From: Pseudovirgaria hyperparasitica
Taxonomy: Eukaryota
Assembly: GCA_010093815.1 (NCBI GenBank)
Contig: ML996577.1
DNA length: 64,000 nt
Direction: 5' to 3' (one strand)
The first letter of the stretch is position 1; each line of letters starts with the position of its first letter. The position numbers and the translations under genes are program-made. Below, one piece after another: positions 22,925 through 37,600 of this stretch. The notes beneath the pieces are model-generated. The model was given only the letters and a program-made list of their open reading frames with translations. It made no database searches and was not told the origin of the DNA.

Positions 22925-25900
22925 TCTGTCACATCTCCAGTGGATGACTGGTTTGGTGAACAGGACGAGTAGAGGTCCCGCTGATCCAGAGTCGGTGAAG
23001 ACGCACGGACCATACAGGCTGGAGTAGCCTAACCTTGAACGCCGGTAGGTTAAGCTTTACTATATTACAAGCGCCGTTGCATTCATAGCTACATGTGTCT
23101 ACTTTCTAAATTTTATAACCATAATGAAGAAGGAGAGACAGAGAAGATGAATATACATGAGCTTGAATGCATGATCTTCGTACATACTTGAGTCTTCGTC
23201 CACTGCCGTCCATCTTTTGTACGCTATACTACTTCCACGGCGCTCAGTCACACATATTGTCTTATTGCGAGAACTGTACTCAACACCTACTCGAAAGAGC
23301 TCCCTGCAAAATATTGAAGCAAAATGACAAAAGGGCTATAATACCCAGCGCTAGCACTGAGTAATTAACGTTGACTCCGGGAGATACTGTAGGACCCCTG
23401 ACAACAACACCAGTTGAGTGCATAGATAGCATTGCCGTGCTGATGGTTGCAGTAATTACTATTGATATATCAGATCGCATTATCACTAATCATAAGTAAA
23501 CGCACGAGATCTGAGATCTCTATGATCAATACACCCGTGACCTAGCTCTAAGGGGCCACAGGACACTGATAGAGGTCTCAGAATTCGCCTTTCAAGAGCC
23601 TGAATAACTCACAGTCGCTTTTCAGGATCATCTTAAGTGATATGTTGATGAAGATATTATTCGGTCCTCGGGAGCATCAGACACCGTTGATAATTGATCA
23701 AGCGTAGCATTCCAGGGTGACTCTACTAAGCACAGCCTCCTGGAAGTTCTATTGACAAGTCGATAACTGCAATATCAGAATCTAGATTATGGTAGTTGGC
23801 TGACGCCGATGGTCAGTGCTGCTGATATCGATTGGAAGTTTGTCCATCATACTGTCTATAGCGTGAGACTCATAGGTTTGAAGCAAACAACTTATAGTCC
23901 GAGACAACTAACACAGCTTATCAAATAGATTTTTGTCTTCTATGGTTACTCTTATGGATTTCTGACGTCATAAGCAATAACAAGCTTTATGCAACACAAG
24001 TAAATCATGCAGATCATTTGTAAGCTGGTGACTACGAGCATGTCAGATGGATAGTGGACACTTTTTACGAGCTTTGCGTGCATGACTGTCTTCTATTATC
24101 ATATAGATGCAGTTCCATTATGTGGGATATGTCAGTAGCTCAAGGCCTTGGCTTATCATTGATTCATAGAGGAAGCTTTATGAAGCTGGGCGACCTAATC
24201 TCGAAAGCCGGGGCCTGTTCGTGACTTCCTAGTCCGAATGTCTTTCTGACCAGCACCTTAATCATGCTAATACTTGCTTTTATCTTATAAGTCCTTATGA
24301 TATTCCACTAGCGCTATATGTACTTTGCCTCATTCTATTCAGACATTACTATAACAAGTCAGAGGTTCATGCTTTCGGCAGGAGTCATTATGTATGCAGT
24401 CCAATTGTAGAAGTCTTATTTATTAGCAAAGAAGACAATACGACTGATCTGCCTACGCGAAATCAATAGTGTTCTTCTCTAGCCTGGCCAACATGGACAG
24501 GTCTTCGGAGCACAAAGAGGTGTACTAGAGATCCAAAGATGAGCAACTTTCACATATTAAATTGTCACTCAAGTGTTGTAGTTGCTGCCGGGAATGTAAT
24601 TGGCAAGGAAACATTAATGGAGCAGAAAGGAATATGTATATATGAATGACCCCTAGTGAGTCACGCTTTAGTTTTGTCTACTCTTAAGCTGGTCTCGATT
24701 AGTTGGTTCTTGATGACGCGGCATATCTGGAAGCAGCATTCCGTTCAAGAGTTCGAATTATACATACTTTACAGTGTGTGACACGAAAGGTCTCATAATT
24801 GCACTCGACTTCTGATACGATTACGATCGTAAAGAAGGACCGTCCGACGCTATTCTAACGAGATACAGGTCACTCAAGGCATTGCTAGGTCCCGTCGCCA
24901 TTTTTGAGACTATCAGCAAGTCTAGTTTCCAAACGAAGAAATTTTGCGCGAATTCTTAAACTTAGTTGGCGTTCCGTATGAAGCGTTATTTGCGTTCGTT
25001 TGAAGATCAAGATGACGCCTTGTTACCGGTCTTCACTGCTTACTTCCTCGACCCATGCGTGTTAGGAACGGACGATGTTCCTACACCCTGTAAGATTGAA
25101 GGTAGATGTCGCTCACCCCGCGTACGATTTATTCCACCAATAAGAGACAAGTATCACAGCCAGGGCTCTTCATCAACGATAGTAATGAAGAATGACCAGC
25201 TCCGAGACACTGGGCCTAGTAGTTTGCCTTGTATATCACTTATCCTGCCCTCGTAGCAGACCTTCCATGTTCCAGGTCGTCATTTTTATGTCTGGGAAGT
25301 TCAGCTCTAGATCTAAGCAACGCCACGTCTGTTATACATTATGCACTATACTGTAAGACTTCATCGGTAGCATTTCGACACTTGTTTAGCTTTCTAGCTC
25401 TCCACGAATGTGCCCGGGAAGAACAGTTGGTATAATCCGTGCCATCAGGCTACAACAACCCAGCATAGAATAGTGAGTCCAGCAAGGAGCATTTCCGTAC
25501 AAACGCATCTGTTCCCGAGGAGAGATAGGGCAGAAGTATTTTCAATAACAGATTACGAGTATTCTTCGTGCTGCAATATTCAGGGACGAGTCTAAAGGTT
25601 GTTGTCAGCACTCTAAACACTGCTCATGCAGCAACACCCACGACGCTTCGTTCATGCGGGCAGGGTGGCTCAACCTGGGCTGTCTGGGTTCTGGAAATGC
25701 CCTTGCTTGGCCAGGCAGGCGTTCAAACAGCCATGCCTTGTTCTAATGACGTGCTTGTTACTTCCTCTTTTACACGGAGATACTTCCTACTTAAAGGCAA
25801 CGCTGTTGCTTAACATGTGTGGCCGGTGCACATACAGTTGGACCAACTATCATGGGCCAACTCTGAAGGCTGACACCCAGAAGTCCGCTTCGCAAGGTCG

Positions 25901-28900
25901 ACCAACCAACACGACTTTGTAGCTACAAGGTTTTCAACTTCACTAAATAGAGGTACATTAGACTACTCAACAGTACTATTCTCCAAGATCAAAAGATCAA
26001 ATGCTAGTAAAGAGTCTCTTACAGATAAGGTCTCCTATAATGATTATGAGTTTCCTGTGCTACTTTGAAAATGAAGTAACCGATGTTTGAATATTTGGAT
26101 AGCCAGATTCATTGTTGGTACGATCACCTTGGAACCTTCTACTATCGACCTATATTCTATATTACAGGTGGAAAACTCTAAACACAGTTTCTAATCCCTA
26201 TATTGCTGTCTAGATATCAGCGAGTAGTTACACGCAATACCTAGTGACTTCACCCTAGATAATTGGGAGAATCTTGATGATCAGCGCTACTTTCTGTGAT
26301 CATGTAACAAGGAAGAACGTAGCTTAGACATTGAAATAGGTAAGCACTTTGACCTTAGGTAAAGCTCTATAAGTGTGTAAAACGTTACTATAGTTCGGAC
26401 AACCCGCTCCTGACCCGTTATGATTCCATATTGACCACTACCAATGATGAGTAAAAGGTAAAGCTATAGCCTATAGATATGTCTCAATGGATCCACAAGC
26501 ACTAGATCCCCTTCCTGCCCTCCTCCATCATCTCCTTACTACTCTGCTATACTAATCACTTACATGATGATCACATGCCCTAGCCGATAAATCCCAAGCC
26601 TGGAGCATGCCATATTGTCACGCACCCAATAGCCCTTCTCCAATGTTCCTGCACGCGTCATCTGCCGCCACGGTCCGTCACGAGCTGGGTGCATATCTCT
26701 ATTGCGTGGATATCTCTATTGCCCTACCCACCCGGCCAAAGAACGCTGTCAATAAACTTCTATTACGCGCTTAAGATATGGTATAATCCCACACTAATCA
26801 TGCAAAATGTGACTCGGGTAGATATCTTATACAATGTACGTGTGCAGCTTGACGAATTGCCTATCTCCACCAATGCAAGGGAGGCGTGCTATAGTATGCA
26901 ATTTCGAAACAGAAGAATGCATGCGGCTGTAGCAAGCCGCTGTAGGTCAATACTTTCTTGATACATTGTCTATCGATGCCATGCGAGACGGATAAATGAT
27001 TGTGTTAGACCGGTATATTACGTTCGGCGTTTGCTTGGTACGGACAGCGACAGTTGTGTGGCGTAGCTACATAGTCTCCACTTGATACTCAGGTCCCTCA
27101 ACATAGTACCAAAGACACAGACTGGTCAGGTAATTACACCACTCCTCCAGGGCCTCGGGATTGCCGTGTCTATAACACTTTTCAAATGTAACATTCAGTG
27201 AGGGTGTTTACTAATACGAATGGATCTGGAATTCTAGTTGAACTAAAGTGTCCGTAGTGGTCTTTTGTATCGTTATGGTGTATTACGACTAGAACGACTG
27301 AAATCTAGTAGACATCCGAATACCATATCATTTTATAGGAGGGCTAATGTGCATAAACTACAGTCGAGACTATTGCAATACCAAGCGACGCATGGTCTTA
27401 TCATGATAATAGATTTTTCGTACCCTACGTAGCATCAATAGCTGCTTCTATGATCGTAGTGCTTGAGCCATATTGTTAGTATCACGGTTATTACAACACG
27501 CATCTATTTTTCCATTTGGAGTACGGTGACCGAAACTGCCTCCTCAGATCACAAAACCTTTGCAGCTCTATACATGTTCTCGGTTGCTCGCTAAAGTCCG
27601 TCATGCAAGCGATCGCTTCACTTGACCAGGTTTATGGCGTGGTCCTGGGCAGATCCCGCTTCAAGCTTTTGCAATCCTGCAGATTACCGGTCAAATCGCG
27701 ACTAAGGTAGCACGATGAACGCCGAGTTATTCAATAATGAGTACCTGCCTAGAGTTCGACCAGCATTTGAGTACCAAGAGTCAGGAGCAAGTCAGACGTA
27801 GAAAGATCTGTACGCTTTGGGGCACCCCTAAACGAATAGATGTCAAAGTGGACATAGAGGTTGAAATTGCTGTTCTTGGTACCGACTAAGCAGTGCAAAG
27901 ACGGTCGAACATCAGGACTGGCTACACAGATGGCGGGTTTCAAAGGACAGCGTGGGAGGCGTTATGCGTCAAGCCACAGCGTAGGATCCCGTTCCTCGTC
28001 CACGCAATTGGCAGCGCCACGTGGTATCGTCTGCGAATATCCTGCCGCATCCCACACGGAACCAGGCCGATCTCTTACTCCAAGGCGGAATGGGAATGAT
28101 TAGTTTGTCTGTATAAGCGTAAGACAGAACCATAGTTAAACTTATATGTACTTTTGCGGATCAACAATCAGATACTGCGTTTGCGACAAGGCATAAGAGG
28201 ACCGACCAATACGTATAGAAAGTAAGATTGATGTGTAGTGGCGGTGGCAAATTGAAACCCATGTGGCGTAAATGTGAGTACTAAGTGACTGAAGCCCGTG
28301 TGATGAATGAACAAAGGAAATAAGAAATGTTGAAGAGCCGCGACAAAAGGAACACACATAAGGTCCGATGGCTGGGCAAAACTGAAGACCGGTGAAGGGT
28401 TGCTAGGTTCTGAAAAGTCCATGAACATGACCAGACTGAGCCTAGAAGTGGAACTGAGGAGTAATAGATGCTTCGCAATGCACTAAAATGTTATACACTT
28501 AAGTAGTAGAATAGGTAGAATAGTAGGCTCGTACAATGAATGCTAAAATGCAGCCAAGTCTCTCCTGTTCCTCTCTATATGAGTGGCTACCCTTATCCGA
28601 CAGGCAGCGAGAAGTATTTTTGGGCGTGGAGGATCACCCCATGGGATGGAGAGAAGATGAAGTACAGTACGAAGGAACACCGAACGCTGTTGAACCATTT
28701 CCAGCAGCCGTTTGATCCGCCTGGGCCATCATCGGGTCTATGCAGCCGCAGCCGTCCTGTCGCTTGGTGTGCGCACGAGCCTAGCCAGTGACTTCGAGTT
28801 AAGCTCTCACACTAGGCTGGAGCAATCGAAGCGTTATGCCTATTTGGGAAGTCTCTTCTGGCCACCGCGCACCTGCGTTCCAGTTGCGTCTAAGATTGGC

Positions 28901-31900
28901 GTTCATCATCATATGAATGTCCAGGGTTTGCAAGAATCCCATGGCCTTGCCATTCTCAAATCACGATATTCAATATTCGTGCAGAAACATGTCGGGTCGA
29001 GACATTGAATAATGTACTCCTTCGTCTCCTGAGCAATCATCTACCGTTCAGAAAGTTGGAAATGGAACTTGCCGCTTTCAAGTTGCAATAAATAGTCCAA
29101 TTCTAGCCTGGACTAACTACTAACAACTATCTATAGCCTGCGTGTATTGCAATTTATAGCCCCTACGCGGCTCATCTGTAGCTCCACTGTATCACGAACT
29201 ACCACACGGGACGTTTCTTTCTGCACACATCCTCCACACCCAGAGCCCTGCTGTATTCACCATGCACAGCACCAGTACCCGGAATCCTTACCCGTCTAAC
29301 ACTAATAATAAAATTGCTAGCATTGTACCACCCTGAAGCGTGACACTAGACGAGGCTGATACTGACCCTGAACCATTACATCTAGGCATTTTGGGACACA
29401 TTGTACAATATAGTAGCCATAGTAGCACCGCTATCACATATAGTCATTATACTTGTCCTCTTTAGTCCCTGGAACTACAATCGGTTACTTCGTCCTGTTT
29501 GAGTCTTTTAGAGAGTGCTTGCTGGTCTCTGGGCCTTGCTGGGCCTCGTTTAGTCAACCAGCTGCTGTAAAGCATGCTATCCTGTGTTATCTGAGACTCT
29601 CGGTGAAATGTTTCGGCCACTAACTCATGTTTGTCGATTGCAAGCTCTTCAAAGCGCTCAAATGTGGAACATCATGAGACTCCTATGGGAATCCTACAGA
29701 GAGGAGATCCCACATGACCCGGCGGCCACGCGACTGGGATGAGCGTCGCAATGGTAGGATCATGGTTCGTCGTGGAAGAAATGCAGGTAGGTATGCAAGT
29801 TCGTTGTTTCACGGCCCCCAAGCCCTGCCCTCGGTGGAACTTTTGGCAGAACACGACCAGGAACGCTTTTTGGACACATCCCCGCACATTTCGCCCCAGA
29901 GATAAAAGTAACCACCCATGATCCACGCGTGTCCCACGTATTTGAAATGTCTGTCCCTAGAATAGCAAGAAGAATGGCCAAGCCTTCTTTCGCAGGGGCA
30001 GGGCAGGGCTGACGCGGACGCAGACGTTGCTGATACTGCGCGTTTTCCCGCCAAACCATGCGGGAGGCGGCGCTGGCGTCCTCGCGATTTACTCTCCTTT
30101 CTTGTAAGCGCACGCCGCCAGCTCCCTGCCATCCGCCCCTTCGCGTGCTGAGAATGGGCCACATAAGCATCGGCGATACGGAGTTCCGATCATTCGTTAA
30201 TGTCTTCTCGTCTCGCAACGAGCCCATAGCGGTACTCGCACTTTTAACAAAGCGACTTGCGCGATCCAGCCACCCCGGCAATGTGGAGTCTTGATATCGG
30301 CGACCAGGGTGGGCCAAAGTCACGATGTATGACCCCCAGAAAATGCACCCTTGGTAAACGCAATGGTGTCCGCAAGCATAGGATTGACATGGCTTCTATG
30401 TATGTGTGTTCCGCAGAAATGATGTTGCTAGGGAAGGAACTCGCCGGCGATAACGCCAGGCATTTATTCATGGTCGTCGATAGCCCTTGTAGTCAGGGTA
30501 GGATGCAGCTTATCCGGCGCAGTGAGCATGAGCGAGAGGCCGGAGCAACCACATCGAGGTTAACAAAAGTTGCTCTACCGATCGTGGAGAGTTGCTCCGT
30601 TATGTCTGTAGGCACGCACTCACTGTGTCAAACGTCGCATTCGCCTTCTTCCTCGCAAACGATCTCGTCCCTTACGGAATGCATGTCTAGGATGATGTAG
30701 CTACCCGGTAAGTTCGTCACGCCAGTTAGCTCGGCTGGATTTTTGACAGCAACACGTAAACAGAAGACTCCCACTTGGCGAATCAGAGATTGTAAAGGCT
30801 GTATTTACCATAAAGCGAGAAAGTGGAGTAGAGTGAAACCTCTCCAGACAGAAAGTTGGATACGCAATCCTGCCGCAGATGGGGTAAACACCTGCCCAGC
30901 CAGGATGGGACGTTAGCGGATCGTGACTGGGAGTCCCAAGCAGCATCTTGAGCGCGTTTCGGCACGGCAATGGAAGGATTCGATATAGCCATGCAAGCGT
31001 TGCTGCTAGTTGTTCCATTATGAGTGTAATTTGCATGTTCGACCTCAGATTCTCAAAGCTCGAGATGTGATACATTGGGGGATTCGTGTGACTTTGCAGT
31101 GTTCGAGGCACACTTCCCATGACGTTTCCGATGATCTTGTGCGAGAACTACGCAAAGCGGCCCTCGGGTGGCTAAGGACGACGCACCGGGCTTAGGAGTG
31201 CCCGAAATAGCTTGAGTGAAAGGGGAGGGGAGGGGGCCGGAAGATACACGCCGCACGGGTGTCAAAGGCTCGGCCGAGGTGGAAGAGATCCGGGTGCCAA
31301 AGCATGAGTAGACGGGCATAGCCGTGAAGTGATCGTCACTCTTGTTTCTTTGCCCGCAGATGTTCTTCAGCACGTTTCTTTTACCACAATCATCCGTTCT
31401 CCTCGCTCCCGAAGCTTCTGCCGCCACATATGGAGGAATTCCTCTAATGAGTTAACACTATCTTCCAGGACATCACTAGCACTTTCTGAGCCGCTGGCCA
31501 GCTACCGACACAGGACCTTTAGTTTTGATCAACCTCACCCACTGACTCTGCCCAAGCCACTGACACGTATCAAGAGCCACGCAGGTGCAGACAAGACTCT
31601 TGAAATGGCAAGCAAGATATAAAAAGCAGCGCGCTGTGCGGACCATTTGCATTACACACCATCTGAAACAAAGGCATGCATGCTATCATCGACGAGGCTG
31701 AGAAATCAAGTCCATTCAATTTTGAGTCTGCCTCGCACTTGTTTCCCAAAACACAACTTACCAGGGAATCCGCGGAACTACACACGCGAGAAAGCTGAAG
31801 GATCGCAAGCCCTGTCTTCTTGCACGTTAAGTGACGTTGATGACTACTGACTCGAGGCCCTTCCACCGCAATGGTACTGAACTCTCCGTCTAGAGTTACA

Positions 31901-33358
31901 ACGGGCCCTTACTAGTGCCCTTAAATAGTGACCCTTTCGAACAGAGCCCTGAAAATGTGATGCTTTCGATCAACTCGCGAGCAGACATGACATCGTCGTG
32001 AAACGTGTCTTACCTGATTCTTATCCCAGCTCACCGTTGAGCAAGGGCATATCTCAATCTCAAATAACTCACCCTGGAAGTAGCCGATCCATATTTCATA
32101 GATGATCCAATCCAGCGCAACGCAAAACTGTAGTATATACACAGCGCAGCACAATCCCCTACCGTCCATCACAGTCACACCGTACCAGCAGCGCGGCCTG
32201 GCGCCACGCGCAAGCTTAACCATCCTTTCTCGCTTCGGCGCACGAGGCCGACGATCTGATAAGTTAAAACCAAGATGTGGCTGTCAGAGACCGTTTTGGC
32301 CCCCCTTCTTTCGTCTACCGTTGTACAGCTATCTCATCAACCCGGGATCTCGCTCTCGCAAGTAGTCTTTCGTGGTCGATCGCTCTATGCATCCACCCGC
32401 AAATCCCTTGCCGCTTTCTACACTGCTTGCAGCGTCCTGGGACTCTCTGAAACGTGTGTCTGACTGCGCTGAGTGGCGGGGGCGTGGGAGGGAAAATGGA
32501 GACCTGCTGCGATCTCAGCGACCCTTCGAATACACATACCCGTGCTAAAATATGCATACGTCGGACCGTCGTTTACGCGTAGTACGCGTAGTGTAGACGG
32601 ATTAGGAGATTGTAATCCAGGACGATGATCTCGAGATCTGCATTTGGGTCTGGCCGTGGGCTCTATGATGCGTGTGTCTATAGTCGCGATTCGATCAATT
32701 TTTTCTTCTGTGCTATGTACGAGGCAAGTTCCGACGCTGACTCCATTGAATACCTAGGTTACAAGCAAATCAGTTCTCCGCCCCCTGCTGCGCATCGCCG
32801 CATGAATTGCCATTGTCCATTATCGTGGCGCAAGCTGGGCCCATTGTCCTGATCTGTCTTATGTGTCTTTGCAGCTACCAAGGAAGTGTCTTGGTATAGT
32901 ATAATCATATCAGTATGTCTCACATGCACTCATAACCTGTTTAGATAGAGAAAATGCGGAAAGATAGTTCGTAGAATATTGTCTTGTTATTCTCGCAACG
33001 CTTTTGCGTTATGCTATTGGTATCGTATGCCCCTTCATCCTCGTCGTTACGCGAAAATCCCATTTCGTCGTCGGTCATCGTAATATTTTATATGCTGCCC
33101 CAGGTAGATTGTACAGGTAAGAGGTATCATCACATGTTGCGCCATGCCCAATGCGTAAGTAATCAACTTTATATACAACTCCGGCAAAATCCGAAGTAGA
33201 AATTTTGTAATGCCATATACCAGAAGAGATGGTCCGTGGAGGATGGTGGTTGGCCAGAAGGTAATTGCTATGCAGTGTAGTTGTTTTGTCCATGTAGCTC
33301 TATAGGAGGTACGTGGCTGAACTCAAATATTGAATGTTGGGTAACTGGCTTGGGAACA

Positions 33359-34669
33359 TTACTGCTGAATGTGCATATATGGCAAGAAGGCGTGCGCATC
33401 TGTTGGTGGACTGGTCGCATACTGTGGCATCGGGCTTTCGTAGGAAGAAGTAGTGGTAGTTGTGTATGGTGTTGGGCCTGGATCAATGTCTGCCCATTTT
33501 CGCGCACATTGTCGTGCTGACCATCGGTCTGATGCTCCATATTCAATCATCTAGTATATGTTAGTAAACATCATCAAGCAGATACCGAGATAACATACTT
33601 TGGAGGCGATAATCTCGTATTTGCTTTGTATCCAGTAGTCATGGGCTAGATGGAGGGCTTGAACGTCTGCGTTGGTCCACACCCGAAGTCTCTCCCGCAG
33701 CCGCTTGAGACGCATTTGAAGAGCTGGGATCTGACACGTCTTGCCAAGGTCCGTTTGGAATCTCATCGCGATGTCCTTCCATGGTAGACTCTCCTCGTCC
33801 TTGAGTTTTAGTAGAAGCTTGTCTTCTTCCGTAAGTTCCTGTGTAACAGTGGCAGAGTCTGAGCGTATTCTTCGTTTGTTTGGGGAATCATGGGGTTCTT
33901 CCGAATCCCGGTGCCGCTTCTTGGATGACTGAGACTGAGCCTGCTGGGACGGGTTCGGTGCTAGAGGAATGTACGTCCGCCTCGGCTGAGGTGCATTAAT
34001 ATCATTTACACTAGGTATAGCTGGCTCGGTATGATGCCGAGGCGTCCGAGGGCCATATGGGTAGTTGTGAAGGGGGTCCATGGGAGGGCTTGACTGATGA
34101 GAAATACCAAGACCGTTTGACTGTTGTTGCCAAAGGAAGTCTTCAATACGAGGACCAGAAGTGGGGCTAAAGGTACTGGGGCTACTTCGAGGTCTTGGGG
34201 GTAGTGTCGAATCGTACGATGAGCCAAAGTTGTAAGCCGACTCTGCTACTTTGCTGGTGTCGATATGTGGTAGTCCTTCTGCTTTGGAATACTCTGGAGG
34301 CGAGAAGGGGCCTAAAGAGGGGGTGATGTATGTGTTATCAAAGCTAAATTCGTATGTCTAGTCGATGTAAGTAATGTTGAAGAGCAAGTGTAGGCAAATT
34401 CGACATACGCTTGCTGGTATTCCTGAGCTGTACCAACCCGAACTTTGCATGTCGTGGGCGACGACAGTAGATAGAGGCTGTGGATCTTCGGATGTGGAAG
34501 GTAGGTATGCAGATGAGAGGGAGTCAGTGGTCATAGTCGACACTGGCGAGTTCAGTGCCAGTGAGGGACAGCACGACGAATCAACAAAGGTCGATTCTGC
34601 GAATGCTGGAGGGGACCAACGTTTGTCGAGATTGGAGGGAGCCACAGGACTTTTCAATACCAAAGCCAT
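33359..34669 (-). CDS. Myb/SANT-like DNA-binding protein; join(34409..34669,~33599..34357,33359..33550)
   Basis: Motifs LTEEDKLLLKLKDEESLPWKDIAMRF...ALQMRLKRLRE, WTNADVQAL...YEIIASKM and WSARQCARKW; basic NLS-like KKRHR/KRRIR. Two GTATGT...TAG introns keep the frame. Confidence 0.8.
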
Positions 34670-37600
34670 TGTATGATTGACGGGACGGGACGTGGAGGAT
34701 TATGGAGTTGATAAAGGATGCTTCTGGACGTGCGGTTCATCACTACATAAATGCAGGCTGGATTAGCGGTTTAGAAGAGTGTGAACATGGCAAAACGGTT
34801 AGCCCTTCAAGCCAACCAGCTACACGCATCTCAAGGTCAGAACGAAATTAGTCGTGAGCAGCGTACCCATGGAGGCCGTGCATCCATGCATGTAGGCGCC
34901 CTTGCACTCCCTTGCACCTCACCACCGGCTCGGGTGGCGCGCGAGGCTCATGGGGGAGGGGGGTGGGGGCGGTGGAGAAGGAGTAGTCGAGAGGTGAGAA
35001 TAGCAGTAGGACTAGTCGTGCGGCCCTTTCAGATCTGCGGTGTGTCCCGAAGCAGATGGATGCTTCGGGAGTGAGCCGGCGGCCACTTGCAAAACACGCC
35101 AGCTATACCTCTCTGCATTGCTCCAGTATCTTCTGTTCATAGACCGGAAATAATTCTCCCCAATGTACCAGGAACCTGTTGGGGGTTGCTTTTGCTGTGC
35201 CTGCGAACTGTGTGAAGTCATAGACACAAGGACGGGACAAGGCCCGTACCCTTCGCCGCCGTCCGGCCCATGAAATTCAAAATCCCGTAAAGCCATCCGA
35301 CGTTTTATTTGATCTTCTTTGATTCATGCGCCATCTGGAATGTGCCTCTATCACAGGTGGGAGCCTTGCCATTTGCTTTCCGCCTATCATGTTGAAGGAG
35401 GCAGCGGGACCACATGGACCGGGTGCGTATAGATGCAAACCTCGTTCTGTGTAGGTACGATGTTGTCTTACTCTCAGGCACATCTCTCGCGCCGCAAGTA
35501 ATGCGCATTACTGTCATGGAGATGGCAATGTCTGCCTCTGTATCTCGCCGTCCGATCCCCGGCGAGGCAAGCAGCTCGAGCAAGTGATAGGACTGGTTGC
35601 ATTTCACTGCCCTCAATTCGCGTTCAATGTCTTTCGACTCCCCATGTCGCTATGCTTCAGGTGTTGCCGGGATAGAAATCCTTCGGCACACCAGGGCAGA
35701 GCGAAAGCGGGCAAGGCCTAGTTCCACGGCGCACGATGCGGCCGGTGCTTGACGACATACAGCGTGGAGCACAGGGATGTGTACTGAAGAACTGAAGAGA
35801 GAGGCCCTGCGCCCACGCTCCGCAGCATGGTGTGTCCACTACTGTCCCTTGCTTGGGGAGCTTGCAAGCACTTTGACCGTTGGTTGCCCACTAACGGTAA
35901 GCAGAAAAATCGCCCGCCGTCAAGAGATATAGATAGTATCTGATCGTCAGTGCCAGTCATCATCCTTCAGAGAATGGTCAAAATCCGCAGTATTCTCACA
36001 TCGGGATGTCGGCATTATTGCTCAGCATTGTCGGACTCTATGCGCTTTCTGTGCCATGATCATTGGTGTGGTGGTGGTGGTGGAAGTCGCCGTCATCGCA
36101 GTGGAGCAAATAAGCCCGGACGGGGGGAGAAATGATACCAAAAAGCCACACTCGTCTCTCATTGGCGTAATCTTGCTGCTTTGCGATCCTTCCAGAGCAA
36201 GCCAATGTCGTTAATTCCTCTCATTATGGGCTGTGCCGTACAGCTGATGCAATCAATTTAGCGGCTTGTGCTGCATCTTATCGTGGACACGAGCTCGGGA
36301 CTACTCCCTTAATTGGTCTTCCTTGAGCTACATCTGCCCCTAATGCCCCCTGTTTGAGCGCTTACACACACACCTACGCCTCAATCTCACCGCAAGCCGG
36401 CAAATACGTTGACCTCTCATTTTGCGGCATTTCGCGCTGTGGTCTTTATCTCTAGCCAGCGGAATGCTGTCAACATCGATGAGGTTTGTGATTTTACGAG
36501 ATAACCAGAAGACAAGGCGACAAATTTGCACAGGTGCATCTCGTAAGCCCACGATCCCTCGTTCAAAAATGCGGAATACAATGGTCGAAATAGGCAAATC
36601 TTGCCCACGATCAGGTATGAGCGCGAGAACACCTTGAGTGTTCCATGGCCATCGCTTGCAAAGGGCATTCTTGTGGCTATACTTCTGGCCAATTGTGTCA
36701 CGATCGCGGCGCAGTCCGAAGCCTGACACCGTACCCCTTGCAAAACTTTACCACGAGCTTCTGGATTACTAGGGTTCTTTTGATACTGCTGAGTGCGCGT
36801 GGGGAAGTTGAATCATGTGGTGGATGTGCATCGAACTGAAAGCCTCCCTTGCGGCAGTACAACCTTCCGGATTAAGCCAATACACCACTGGAAGAAGTCG
36901 CAGGACTAGATTTGTGTCTTCGTGGAATTCGAACTTCCCAAGTTCCACGGTACTTGGTACAGAATTCAGAGCGAACAGTAGCTGTTCGATGACGGTACAG
37001 CCGAGTGGATGTTCCCTTCCCTTCCCGTTGGATTGTTCTGACCTAAGCATGGCATGATGCGTGAGCAATTCAATGGCAGTCATGATCGGACCCTGATAAA
37101 GTTTCATGACCAGAGAACACCTGCAACTGTTGCTACTTGTAATAGCTCATCTGGGGGTTCAGTAGGCATTTCCGAGATTAGCATCGGAAGGACCCAGCCT
37201 GAGAGATTCGCAATATCTCTCGTAATAGCCCCGCAATCCTGGTGGCGTATTGTGTGCACTGGCTAAGTGTTCCTTCGAGCCCAGACAAGGAGTTGCTATT
37301 CCGTCGCGGAAGGGTGTACGAGGTGGTCAAAGGCATTGTTAAGTCCTTGACCTTATTGCCATGTCCACTTACATGGCGAAGAAGCCCACGAGAATAAAGG
37401 AAATACTAGCATGGTCCATGGACAATAATCGCGGATCGACATTTGCTAGCTTAAGGACGGGTACGAGAACGAAGGGGATGAGTTGTGTCTCAGTTTCTCA
37501 CATGCAGACACTTGCTCGATGAAGCAAATTGTACTTCATAGCTATGTAAGACGTGCTCGAAGCTCGACATTTGCGTGGATCAGAGAATCCATCCGAAGAG

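Noticed and set aside
29672..31430. Several 100-190 aa ORFs in the GC-richer block
   Set aside because: They overlap on both strands, many start at non-ATG codons, and they show no domain motifs or consistent splice structure.
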